Assembly: GCF_003704095.1 (NCBI RefSeq)
Contig: NW_020843606.1
Coordinates: forward strand, 186,001 to 250,000
Direction of reading: 5' to 3'
Source of the DNA: Pocillopora damicornis
Lineage: Eukaryota
Length of the DNA: 64,000 nt
Below the pieces are notes generated by a model. It worked only from the letters and a program-made list of their open reading frames with translations, was not told the origin of the DNA and made no database searches. The number at the start of each line of letters is the position of its first letter. Position 1 is the stretch's first letter. This document shows positions 49,001-61,240 of this stretch, in pieces. Made by a program: the position numbers and the translations under genes.

Positions 49001-52000
49001 TCTCATTGGATCCTGGTGACATTTTCCTTCTCGTGATTGGCTGTTGTGATTGCTTGGGTTTTGGATTCGGATTCTCGATTGAAAGAAACTTTATCGTGTA
49101 ATTTTCTTTCGACTTTTTTTCTAGCTCCACACAAGAGAGAAGTGGTTGAATGAGGCTTTGGTTGTGAAGGCAAGAGATGCGTTTTTTTACCAGTTTATAG
49201 GAATGAACATTTTTTTTTTCCAAAATAAACTGTTGATGTTTTTTTATTTTTCTTTTTTAAACTTATTTTGTATTACTCTAATTTTAGCAAGGCGAGAAAC
49301 CTTACAAGGTTGTAAAAGGACGGCCTAAAAGGGTGAGAACTATTTTTATGTCTTTGAAGGTCGAGATTTCTAAACGTATACTGAGTTGAAAGTCTTTTAT
49401 TGATTTTTTGTTTGTTTACTCAGAATCAACCAATCCATGAGCGAGATTCAGTTACAATTGACTTGTTTGGCAGATGGCAAACAGAGAAATATAAACCTCC
49501 GCCAGCGAAAGATGTAAGGAGCTTGAAAAACAAGTGTTTGTGGCATTTAGAGAAGGAAATAAGTGCATTTAGAATGAAATATTTGTTTGAATCTTTTTGG
49601 CTTTCAGGGAAAAGTACCAAGGAATGAATATGGTAACGTAGAGTTATTCCAACCTTGTATGCTGCCACCAGGAACGAGGCACATTCAAAGTGAGTTTCTT
49701 ATATTATGTGATGAGTGTCAGTTCTATTGTACTTTAGAAGACGCCGCCCTTATTTTTATGCGCTGGTAGAAGGTTGGAGGTTTATCGGATTTGTAGTAAC
49801 AGGGTAGGAGTTGGGGTTGATGAATAAGATACAGTTGTGTGGGATGTTACTTTTCTGTTCGAATGACACATATTTCACGGCAGGTTCCCCCCAACCCCCC
49901 CCCCCTCCACAGGGGGCATCTGTGTCAAGGAGGAAAGAGGGAGGAATGGGGAAGGAAGGCAAAGAAGGCGAAGGGGGTGCGGAGGCTAAGGGGTGGGGGG
50001 GGTTAAGGAAGGGGAATAAAAGACGAGAGGGAGGAGGAGGGAGGAGAAATGAGGGCGGACACCGTGAAAGCAGAGTTTCCTTGAATATTAGGTCATCGCT
50101 TCTTCAACGATGTGAGACGGACAGTAGTTCTTATCATCGCTCTTTTGTTTAATAGTAAACGGCATCCAACGGGTGGCTAAGAAACTCGGCATTGATTGCG
50201 CTCAGGCTGTGATTGGATTTGATTTTCACTGTGGTTTTAGCCATCCTGTGTAAGTAGATATTTTGAAAATGTTTTCCTCTACCGGTAAGAAGCTGTTCAC
50301 CATTTTGTAGCTGAGACAATTTTCGAATTTTAATTTATTAATGTTCCCGTTTGTGAAATTTTGGGTAGAAATAACTTGCATTAATTTACGTTCATTAAAA
50401 CGATGAGCGCCGTGTGGTGTTCATGACAATGATTGGAGCTCTCTCTGAGGGTCTTTCCTTAATAGGACGCAGTAGAATAGCCAGCTTTTCTTGAAGTGGA
50501 AGTAAATGGCTTGGGGACAATAACCGTTCTGGGCAGTGCAAAGTTTTTTTTTTATTATTTGAAAGCTTGCATAAATTGTAAATTTTCTCGTCAACCTTTT
50601 TTTCTCAGTATTGATGGTGTTGTGGTGTGTGAGGAATATGAACAGGTGTTATTGGATGCGTGGCATGAAGAAGAGGAACAAGCAGAGAGGAAAAGAGCAG
50701 AGGTCTGTTTATCAACTCTCCCCACTTCATGCCATATATTTCCTTTTAAATTATTTGTGAGAATTTGATGTTTTATCGAGATAAACCATGATGTGGTTGA
50801 TAACATTTCTAATCAGCTGTTCGCTGGACATTGAATCGATTGTACGAGAAGGAGTTGACTGTGTGTTTGCTCTTCATATCTTGATTTCCGCAGAAGCGCG
50901 AAAAACGTATGCTGGCGAACTGGAAGCTTTTGACGAGGTCACTGTTAATCCGTGAAAGACTGAAGAAAAGATACAACACAGAGGTAGAGCCACATTCACT
51001 TGTCAATCTCAATCCTGTCTTATTTCGTGCCAGCTTTTCCGCGATCAGGAAACGAGAGCGAAAAGGCAGACGGACTAAAATCGAAAAAGAGAAGCCCTCT
51101 TTCCGTCGCCATCGGTTTCATCCCTCCTACGTTTTTTTCCCGCTCGCTCCACCTTTTTGTTCGTCCCATCGAACTAAGTACATGGAATAGGTTAGTTTGA
51201 AACAGACATGGTTTCTCTTGTACCTGGATATTTTTCTTGTCGTCACTTAAATAATTGAATCGAAACAACCCAGGAACATTAAATTATTGAAATCGCGAGA
51301 AATAGCGACATACATGTTCGAAAATGTACGCGGAGTCTTGAAAATAATAGCTGTTGAGGTACAATTTTTGCATTCACTCTCTCTAAAGTCTTCGTAACTG
51401 CTAGATTTGTTAGTGATGCTGCTACGTAGGTTACGTACTTCTTTCTTGCGCTCTGCATTTTTTGACCCTTGCACATGTATGATTCCCGCTCTAACCTCCA
51501 TGTGTTGAGAAGTCTACTCTGGTACTAATAATCGCTCTTCATGTGGCCGTTTTTGCAGGAGACAAGCACAGTTGAGACACCAAGCCAAGAGGACGAGGCT
51601 GCCACCGACACCTTAGTTTCATGGCCTCTAAACAGACAAGGTAATGCTCTGTTGATAACTAAGCTATTCTATGGAGATATGGCCAAAGTGTGTTTGGCAC
51701 GATGATTTTTTAACAATGTGCAATGAAAACTGGCACAGAATTCGTTTTGGTTGGGGAATTTCAGTACAGACGAAATTTTTCGACTCTAGTTAGCGTCACT
51801 TTCGTAGTAATAAACTTGTTTAGTTTTACAGTAAAGCGACAATTGTTTGTTTAGTCTGATCCTCCCGATGAACGTAGTCTTGAGAAGGTTGTTGTTAGTA
51901 ATAGCGACTGACGTTTCGACAACCTAAGCGGAAGACATCATCCGAGTCGAATTGTATTAGTTCGGTTCATGTCAGTTGATCGGTCTGTTGTGCAGAGATG

Positions 52001-52426
52001 TGATTGGCTGCGAGACTCGAGTAGCGTTCGTCGGTCATGATTGGTCAGTTTTGATCCGTTAGTCTTGTTGGTCGTTCTGCTCTGTTTTTCTGTAGAGTAA
52101 ATTTCGCGAATAAGTTGACGGACTTCCAATCCAACGGAAACAAATAACATCACGCTTTCTTTACCACAAAGGTTGTCGAAACGTCAGTTTCTACCACCGA
52201 AAATAAAAGTTCTCAAGACTACTCATCCGGACGATCAGATTACACGATCAAATAGTACAGTATTAACCTTTTTCTTCATGTTGACTTTGAAGAGGGCAAA
52301 ACGAGTGTTGCTGGTGAGGGACATTGCCATGTATTTCCTGAGAGTGGACACTCACAGGATCCTGTTACCGGAGAATGGAGTAAATCATGTTCGTGTGGAT
52401 TAACTCTTCCGTTCGAAAAAATGTAG
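40044..52426 (+). CDS. XPC: DNA repair protein XPC/Rad4, ~27 exons (first 40044-40275, last 52293-52426)
   Basis: Spliced peptides match XPC: [139 protein letters not shown] and [19 protein letters not shown]. Confidence 0.95.
40955..41162. mobile_element. piggyBac-like MITE in XPC intron 1
   Basis: TIRs CCCTTTAACTCCCA...TGGGATTGAAAGGG, followed by TTAA. Confidence 0.65.
43085..43430 (+). repeat. Degenerate (TCAG/TCAA)n microsatellite in an XPC intron
   Basis: Direct observation. Confidence 0.95.
43920..44160 (+). mobile_element. Harbinger-like MITE (same family as 56100-56337)
   Basis: Termini .ACCAAGTTGTTCAAA...CTTTGAACAACCCAGCC and an internal sequence shared with 56100-56337. Confidence 0.65.
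44520..44650 (+). mobile_element. Penelope-type repeat remnant with degenerate minimal hammerhead (related copy ~4916-5010)
   Basis: CTGACAAAGGGCTATCGCTCGAAAGGTTAGC resembles CUGAnGA-stemII-GAAA-C-GUC. Confidence 0.5.
48870..49085. mobile_element. Non-autonomous interspersed repeat in an XPC intron
   Basis: GC-richer block GATTGG...AAAACTCGCGCCACT...CGCGTTTTCCCGCGC, typical of an abundant coral repeat (from memory). Confidence 0.45.
51845..52250. mobile_element. Two inverted Penelope-type hammerhead-derived repeats in the last XPC intron
   Basis: GGTTGTCGAAACGTCAGT...CTCAAGACTAC...GATCAGA on + (52170-52245) and its reverse complement (51850-51950). A third copy lies at ~5280-5355. Confidence 0.6.
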
Positions 52427-54404
52427 ACAGAAGAAAAAAACTCCGTCAAACAAAATTCAAATTGTAAGTTAATATTAACAGTGTAAATCCAAACGTTTCT
52501 TTCTACACCTTGTAAAACTACTATTTAGTTCCTGAAGTTTGACTAAAGAAAACATGCCCATGGAAAAGAAAAATTGCGCATTTGAGTTTTGAGCACCGTT
52601 GGTGCTGCAGTATCATATATTATGACCTTGAGTAAACGCAAAGAAGGTTGTTGTTAGTCTCTGACTGTGGGTGAAATAATCTTCAGAAACAATTGACCAT
52701 CGCCTAGCTAACAATTTGGAATAACTTTTTGAACGAGTGACGTAAACCCAAAACCAGAATACTGTTTGAGCGCTTTTTACTCGTGCCGTAAAACCGCCCG
52801 TCATAGCGAAGGGAAATTCCCTGATAACTTAAGGTAAAAAGAAGCAAACGAATTAACTTACTATGATAAAAGCAAAACCAAAGCAATATCTGATCATTTT
52901 CGACACTCATGGAAAATTGCTCTCTGTCCGATCAATACGAAGGTAAACACCACTAGGCACCAGTCAGAACTTAAACAAAGGCTTGGGAAACGCGGCTGTC
53001 AAAGCATGATTGATTAACGAATTCTCATCTCGTTAGTTGAGAACGTGTCGCAAAATTCCAAGGCTAATCGCACGGCACAAATACGTACAATAGTCAATTG
53101 AAAATTGATCCATGAATAACAGGAAAATGAGGAACTAAAATTGTGGTTCTCAACTATTTCATGGAATATTTGTTACATCTATGTCCAAATCAACATTGGT
53201 TTAACATACTTTAATTAATTTATACCACACAGGTTGACAGTACTTTTTTGCACACACAGATTGGCTGGTTTGGAAGTGATTAGCAAACACTATCCACCTC
53301 CAAGCTGCCAAAGAGGAAAAATTGCACATCAACAGTTTGGTTTCTGTGTGTTTTATACTAAAAACTAATTATTATTCACCTCAGTGTTGGTGAATAAGGT
53401 GGATATTTACCTCCACTTTAGTGAATAATTATTTTTTATACTTTATTTTAACTGACATGTATCAATTTTTCCAGTTGCATTATTATTTGACTTCTTTTTG
53501 GATTGCAATCATTGCAATCATGAGGGTGGCATTAAGGGATGTAACAATTGGTCATTAAATGACAAAATGCAGATGCATTGCAACAGGATAGTATCTAGTT
53601 CATAAGCTAAATAAATTGTTTTGTTTGTGCAGATGTTACTTTTACAATGTATTTTTCTTTTTTAAGAGTAACTGTCACATAATAAATTGTTGTTAACAAT
53701 TCAATTATTTGAGCAAGACTGTTGTTCATTTTCAGGAGGGAGGGATAAGAGAGGTCTTTATTTGGGTCAGAATCAGATGGGTTGAAAGTTTCTACCCTGA
53801 GCTCAAACTGGCTTCTTTAACCCTTTAGCCNNNNNNNNNNNNNNNNNNNNNNNNNNNNNNNNNNNNNNNNNNNNNNNNNNNNNNNNNNNNNNNNNNNNNN
53901 NNNNNNNNNNNNNNNNNNNNNNNNNNNNNNGGTAGAATGATGAGACTGCACCCTTCCACTGCTGGTGTCTTATGAAATGTTACTTATTTTAAATTTGTTG
54001 TTAGTTTTCAGTCTTGCTCTGAGGGTTTTCTAAATTTTTTTTTGCTTCCACAAAAACAACTTTCCAAATTTCAAATTTGACCTAGATACCAGTGGGTGAA
54101 GAGGCACATATTGGAAGTGCATTTGATAAATAGTTCATTTTACAGTTACATGCTTGGTTGCCAAGCATTTTAATAGGAGTAAGGCTAAAGGTGACCTTGT
54201 TTGGCACAAACTTTGCTGTTTTTCAAATGCAAATTGCCTTGTTATAATCAATGTTAACTAGATACTAGTCTCTATCACATCAAGGTCACCTTCAGCCTCA
54301 CTCCAAATCAAAGGCTTGGAAACTAAGTACACAACTGTAAAATGACCTATTAAATGTATGCATCTATGTTGCAATATTAATAAATGTTTTACTGTGATAT
54401 TTAG

Positions 54405-55997
54405 AGAGGAAGAGCTTCTACAACAGCACCAGGAAGTACAGAAATCTCTACAGATCAAAATTGGTATTCTAGAGCAGGAGAAGGAAAATGTTCAGGGTGT
54501 AACAAGGTAAAAATGGTTAAATATAATTGCTTGAAGTTACTTTTAATTAACTCCATACACCCCAAAATCAGTATGCATTTTCTCCACACTGTTCTCCATA
54601 TGTTTCCTAAGGTGCTGACAAGGAGAATTTGCTTAACAATCAAGGGCTTCTTAAGTTGATCATTTCCTTTATTCTTGTGACCTTAATTTGTGATTCAGGG
54701 GGGACATTGTAAGGAGAAATTAGATGCTAATCACTTCTAGAAGTTAGAGAGTTAATACTGGCTTTTCAAGATTGAAATCTGCATGCGGCAAACAAGTGGT
54801 TGTGAATAGTTAATATGGAAAATTATATATTTAAGAAAAAGAAAGTTCATATATTTTAATGTCATTGGTTCAGGCCTTGAAAATAAAAAGCAACAATGTT
54901 TGATTCAGGGGTGGTATTTTAAGGATAGTTAGATGCTAGATGCTTTTAGGGATCAAAAGTCTAAAAGCGATGTATTGAATTCCACAACTCAAACCCCTAT
55001 TTTTGGGTGAGGTACAATATTATTTTCTTGGAACCTGAATGGAAATGCTGTGATTTAGGAGCCCTGACCAATGTAGTGAAATTTATGGAGACTGAGTGTA
55101 TGTTTGTTTTTCTTAGGAGAGATTTCTATGAAGGGGAATTAAAAACTTAGGTGTTCAAAATTGATACATTTGGAAAAATTCTCTCAAGTTTTGGATCTTC
55201 TGCAGTGTATTTGCATGCTTCACAATAAGCTCTGAGGGAACCTAAGAACTCTTGGGTCAGTTATTACTAAAATGTGCCTCTCTGTAGCAAAGCTTATAAA
55301 ATGCTTTAGTGGTGGTGGTGACATTGGGAATGTGTGGGTGGGGCTTCTTTGGAGTTTTTCTGATTAGGTTGCATTCCCTATTGCATACTTTCACCTGGGG
55401 CTCTCATTTATAATGTCATCTTGAAGTCAAGGATCTTTTTTCCTTTGTGATATATTTTTAGATATAGGTGGGTTGTATTAATTGTCTGTTGCCTTCATTG
55501 CAGCCAGGTGAAGGAGCTGGAAAGAAAGAAGAAGTCTGCAGATGCGTATCTTGTGGAGATCACAAAGAAACTGGTTAGTTTTATTGATATCTTATTTGTT
55601 AGAGTAGCACTAGCTCTGAGTCAAGCCCCAGGCTTCAGCTTCTAAAGGACTTGGCTCTGGTCCCACTAACCTGGAGGTAGCTAGTCAGTCATTGAGCACA
55701 TGCACAGGCTTTAAAATTGCTCTCCTGTAATGTCAGTGTGGACAATTGGGAAACAGGTTGTTAGAATGAAAAAAAATTTGATCAGCCAAAGAAGTTGACT
55801 TATATTACAGAGAATTTTTTGACAGGGGAGTGGCAGTTGCCAGATCATACCTCAAAGGCACTGTATTGAAAATTAAATATCAATCATGAATTTAATTTGA
55901 TTTTCAGCTTCAGGCTTTCCTTTGCTTAATTTTTCAGGGTTCTTTTTTGGCTGAAAACTTTCCCCTTCCATCACCTGATAACTTGAAAGGAAGCAAG
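54405..55997 (+). CDS. CENPK: CENP-K internal exons (54405-54506, 55504-55573, 55938-55997) on an apparently inverted contig
   Basis: REEELLQQHQEVQKSL...KSADAYLVEITKKLGSFLAENFPLP resembles the vertebrate CENP-K segment REQRWLDEQQQIMESL...LLSTLGEFLEDHFPLP. Splice phases are consistent. Confidence 0.8.
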
Positions 55998-56099
55998 GTA
56001 AATGTCATTTGATGTGTAGTGGAGGGCACATAGCTAACATACACATCCACAAGTTAAGGTGGCATTGATTAGAGGAGGGTTGTGCCAGTAATCCCTCAG

Positions 56100-56337
56100 G
56101 GCCCAATTGTTCAAAGGCTGATTAGCGCTAACCTTGGGTTAAATTTTAACCCAGGTTTCCATATTTCTCTGTTCAAAAGCTGTTTCAGAATAATTTTACT
56201 CATTGTTTTTAGAGCATTCAATTATCAAATTGTAGTCAAAGAGAAATAAACTGAATTTGCTCCTCAAGCCTTCAGATCTGAAATCAAATTTCACACTTAT
56301 CCTAGATTATCTTAACCCAGCTTTGAACAACCCGGCC
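56100..56337 (+). mobile_element. PIF/Harbinger-like MITE with a CAG target-site duplication
   Basis: TIRs GGCCCAATTGTTCAAAG / CTTTGAACAACCCGGCC; CAG at 56097-56099 and 56338-56340. Confidence 0.75.
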
Positions 56338-56979
56338 CAGGTCTTGATGTTGGCAATATGAATTATGAGTAAGAGTTTCCTTTTGGTAACAGTTGGCAAT
56401 TATTTACTTTAATCCTTTATTCTCTAACATCAGTATGCATATTCTCCATACTACTCCCTAGACATTTCCTAAGGTTCNNNNNNNNNNNNNNNNNNNNNNN
56501 NNNNNNNNNNNNNNNNNNNNNNNNNNNNNNNNNNNNNNNNNNNNNNNNNNNNNNNNNNNNNNNNNNNNNNNNNNNNNTATACAGAGTTCTTACCTAAGCA
56601 ATTTCAGCAACTGAAAATAATTTCTTAGCCCTTCTAAGCCATTATCTTAAGCATTTCCAAACAAATTAAAACATTAATATCAATATCATAAAAAAAAAAA
56701 AAAATTGTTAAATGATAGTCACATTTACATGCATCAATCAGCAGGAGTTAAACTAAAAGCCCCATACTAGTAGAGTGACAACTACTACAAGACCACTCAC
56801 TGCTGCCTTTTTAGCCGCAAACAGGCTCTCCTGTTTGCACTTTGCCTCATGGCCTCTTTTCCGGGCACAGCCAGGTTTTACACCACAGACAACCATAGAC
56901 AGGGTTCCCAAGGCTCTTTCATCAGTGGTAACATATGTTCATACACACAAGTAACAGGGTGCATGCCCTTTTTCAGAAA

Positions 56980-57320
56980 CAAATTTCAAGGACTTTTCCA
57001 GGACTTTTCTAGGATTCAGATTGTTTTCTCCAGGACTCCAAATTTTACCTTTAAACCTTCCATTCCCAAGATCTACAAATCAGTTCTCCTTGCCATCTAG
57101 ATACATTTTGTATAACATAAATTCTAAAAACTTTGTTGCTTGATTTCAACAAATTTCAAGGACTTTTCCAGGACTCAGATGGATTCTTCCAGGACTCTGA
57201 ATTTTACCTTAAAAACCTTTTAGTTCTAAGATTTAAAAATCAGTTCTCCTTACCATCTACATAAATTTTGTGTAACATAAATTCTGAAAACCTTACTGCT
57301 TGATTTAAGCAGATTTCCAT
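56980..57320 (+). repeat. Tandem duplication of ~170 bp
   Basis: AAATTTCAAGGACTTTTCCAGGACT...TCAGTTCTCCTT.CCATCTA...TAACATAAATTCT occurs twice. Confidence 0.85.
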
Positions 57321-57444
57321 AACTTTCCAAGAGCTGTAGTCTCTTCCCAGGAATTTCAAGTTCTGGAAAATGCCAAAATAAAATTCCACAGCTTTCCAGG
57401 ATTTTCAGAACCCATACAAACCCTGGAGTAATTCTTCAACTTAC

Positions 57445-59189
57445 CTTGGAGTCCTTGATTTTCAACTGCTATGAGCTCTGTTTGAAGCTTCTTCTCTTTT
57501 ACTTTTAAGACTCTCTCAAGAACCTAAAGAACAGTGTATAATAAAGGTTTTTGTGTTCATATGGCTTCATTAATAAAAGACCATCTTGCTGTCAAAATAG
57601 CTAACAGAAATTGCTTTCAATGATTTACAAGACTTAGCTTTGGTCTCAGCAATTTGTAAAGTTTGATGTCCTAAGTATGGATTAAGTATTGTTTTTGTTC
57701 TTGCTGATTTTGACCATTTAAGGCTTCCAGTTACATAAAGGACTTTGAGATCAAATACAGTTAGGCTTGAGGAGAATCTTTGACCAAATGATCCAGAATT
57801 TGGGTTTCTATGTACTAGATAAAAATTTAATTGTAGATCACATCATGATTGCAACTGCACTCTCAAATTAACTTACCTTATAAGCATCAAACTCCTCTTC
57901 ACCCATGTAAGTTGTGTTAGAATTTGTGGACCTTGCATCAAGACGAGCATGGGTCTGAAAAGAAATGAATTGATAAAAATATCATCTAAAAAAAGATTGA
58001 CCATAGATAGTTATGTAGGTCATAACATTGTACCATAGATAAGAGTACTTTTTTCAGCATTTATAGAAAGGAAATAGAAAAAAAGATTAATCAGGCTTCT
58101 ATAATGTAGTACTTTGGTCACACTGGAGCACTAACAACACTTTTGTATTATTTACATACATAAGCATTGATTCCTAATAAAAAGTGTCAGAGGTTCTATA
58201 ATCCTAAGAGATAAGAGAGTCTTTTTTAGTTCTGATAGATTTTTAACAGTTATATGTCTGATCAAGTACCATTTTGGAGCAACTGCACCAAGTGGAAGGA
58301 CTGAACAGAAAAACATTTGGCACAGGACCATGACTTCAGGAACAAGCACAGAGAAGTTTGTGCATCATGATCAAGAGCCAAATATTTTCCTGTCTGGCTC
58401 AACCAAAGTCAGTGGATAAGCATTTTATCATATGACCATTAAGCATTGAAAATTTGGTAAAATTATGTTTCAACTTACAGTAAATAGGATGCGATAGATG
58501 GGCACAGGCAAGATACCAACAAACAATATTTTAAATTCTTATTTTTTTCGGAGTCAGAACTAGAACTTCACAATTCAAAGAAAAATGCAAATTTTTTTCT
58601 TATTTCTGTTTTTCCTTGAGTTTTCGCAATAAGGCCATGTAAGTCCCAAGACTGACAGCTTTTTACCTTGCACATGACAGCTCTCACTATGTTTTGCAAT
58701 AGGATTGAGCATGCTGTGCCTGAGAGGTCATATGATAATGTAAACCAGGGCATGCCTGCATGGCTCACTACAGCTACATTAGAGATACATCACTCACATT
58801 ATTCAGTTCTTTCCAGATATTTTCACAATCATTCCTGAGTTGTGTTTCAGTTGGTGTTTGCTCAGCAGACATCTCATCAACTTGTTCACTTAACTTGTTG
58901 TTATTTCCATCTTCTGAAACAGCTGAGCTCTCTTCAAAGCTTAAGGAACGCCGAACATCTTTGACACTCTGAGAATAAAAGTAATTGTAATCCTCAATAA
59001 GAGAATTTGCCCACAGGAAACTTAAAAATTCATGTAGTCTGGCGGCATATAAATCTTATCAAGAGATCTACAATCAACTTCCTTTGTTGGAGATCAGGTT
59101 TGATACCAAGTAAACAAAGTTTTACATGACTATCAATTGAAGAAAACATATTCTCTTCTTACCAAGTTATTTGATGTGCTCACAGACAT
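57445..59189 (-). CDS. CENPK: CENP-K N-terminal exons (59189-59163, 58968-58798, 57954-57877, 57523-57445)
   Basis: MSVSTSNNL|SVKDV...ETQLRNDCENIWKELNN|THARL...|VLERVLKVKEKKLQTEL resembles CENP-K EEELIRECEEMWKDMEECQNKL...VKCLTAEL. Canonical splice sites. Confidence 0.8.
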
Positions 59190-60659
59190 CTTGAACAACA
59201 ATTATAATTCCTGGATAAAACAAAACATAAATGTTTATTACTAAAAGACTGTTACATAGAGAACTACATAGAGCCCATGATCTTTATTTCATCCAGCGCA
59301 TTTACAATGCTCTAAAATCAAAAGAATACAACAACAAAAAAAACAATTTAAAATATCTTTCCCTTTCCTTTAAAGCATGACAACCACTTTCATGATTAAA
59401 TGGAAAAAGTAATCATGGTTCAGACTGGTTTCAAAATTTGTTACCAAGAAAATATTTGAACCATTACATGATGAAAAAATTTGTTGGAACATAAGTGCCC
59501 TAACAGCAGCCATTATGAGCATGTTCAAGATCTGAACTATTCAATTTGAAAAAAGCCAATCAGAGTTGGGAATAAATCTTTTACATGCAGATATATTCAA
59601 AAAGTAATTCAATAACAATAGCAATCTGCTCACTTCAAAACATTTTTACCCCATCCATACTTGGCACATGCTCTGAACAGTAAAGGAAGGGAATCAATGA
59701 CCTTGGAAACTTCAAAGTGGTAACTATCATGTTTCACTGAGATTCTGGTTAATTTCATGAGCACAAATGACAGATGACAAAACCTTGGCCTTGGGCTACA
59801 AAATCTAAAAAAGTGTGATATTTTATGCTTGCACAGTGAGACACCCTACTGACCAGGGGGCTGTAAGTTTTAGAAAAAGTAAAAGCCTCCTTGATCACTA
59901 TCACATGAACAAATTCATATTTTCTCTTGCCATAACACAAATGCATATACATGCATATTTAAAGTAAAACATTATGGAAATCATATGTCAGGAGTTCTAC
60001 CTCAGTTTCACTGAACAATTAGAGGAACAAGTTTAGACATGCAAATCCATGCTTTTTTATATTTTAATGAGCTCTTTGAGAGTCAGTCAACACTTGATAA
60101 GGGGAAGGTATCATGCAAAAGGAATGTTGCTCTTTCATCGAAAAAAGGGAAGTGATTATCACTATTTCAACCTGAAAATAAAAAATTCAGTCAAATTTTG
60201 AGTCAACTGAAGGGATAAAAATTTTCATAATGAAGTAGTTGACTGATATGATTTCTGATGGTGGGTCATTAAATCTTATTGACATCTGTCAACTAGTAAA
60301 ATAACGATGATAACCTTTGCAAAACAAAAGCATAACATTACCAATGACACATAGAAAGAGGTTGATCCTGGTCTTCCCTTCAACCATAGCAAATTATAAC
60401 ATTGGCTGTTAATGGAATACACTTCAATACGCTAATCGTATAGCAGGTAAGGTTTATAATTATTGACTTTCCCTTGGAGCGCTGGATCTATAAATTTAAC
60501 GCTTACTCTTCTTCATTCATCGGGTTTTTTATAAAACGAGTTAGATTTTCTATAAAATGGTTTGTAGCAACAAAGATGCGGTTTATTCGCTGAGAGATAC
60601 CTGAAATAAGACCATTTTCAATGTATAACAGCTAAGCGTCCTAAAATATCTCTTATTTG

Positions 60660-61240
60660 GGCTGCGAGCCGCCATGCTGCTAAAAAGGCGCGAAATTGAC
60701 ATTAAATGAGGTAAACGAGCTGTCTTCAAAGAACAGAGATTTCATTCGAGCTAAAGAGCATTGCAGTGGTAAGAAACAAAACAACTGACCGTCAGTTTGC
60801 ACATATAGGAGCAGATCTCCACGATTTCAAAAGAATCATTAGCTCATCGTCGAATCAATAATCAAATACAGATGCTCGACACTTTGTTGACAGGCCCGGG
60901 CAAGCACTTTACGCGCGCAATCACGACATATCACGTGACGCGAACTTGAGTGACAACACTCCATGAATGAACTAATTTAGACCGTCGTATTGTTGCAAAC
61001 AGCCAATCACCGCCGTCAAAATGTTGTTGATATAGCAACTTGCGTAAAAAATTTGAAAGGACAATGGCGTCGGTTACGGTCCGTAGTAAGAATTTTCTGC
61101 CTCCCCGGCTGGCGGTCGAAAAGGTTTGATTTTCGCATAATCTTAGCGAGACAGGCTACGAAATCACTGAATCTTGTAGAAATTCGCAAAGCTGTTGTGT
61201 GATCACATCTCTCTTTGACACCAACCGCGACAACTTCGAG
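60660..61240. promoter_or_regulatory. CpG-rich bidirectional promoter: CENP-K (-) and the non-coding first exon of an unidentified gene (+, donor GAG|GTAAGT at 61240)
   Basis: E2F-like TTTCGCGCC (- strand, 60687-60695), CHR-like TTTGAA motifs, CCAAT at ~61003, CACGTG at ~60932 and a strong splice donor. Confidence 0.5.

Noticed and set aside
49811-50152. 113-aa Gly/Glu-rich ORF
   Set aside because: Purine-rich low-complexity XPC intron.
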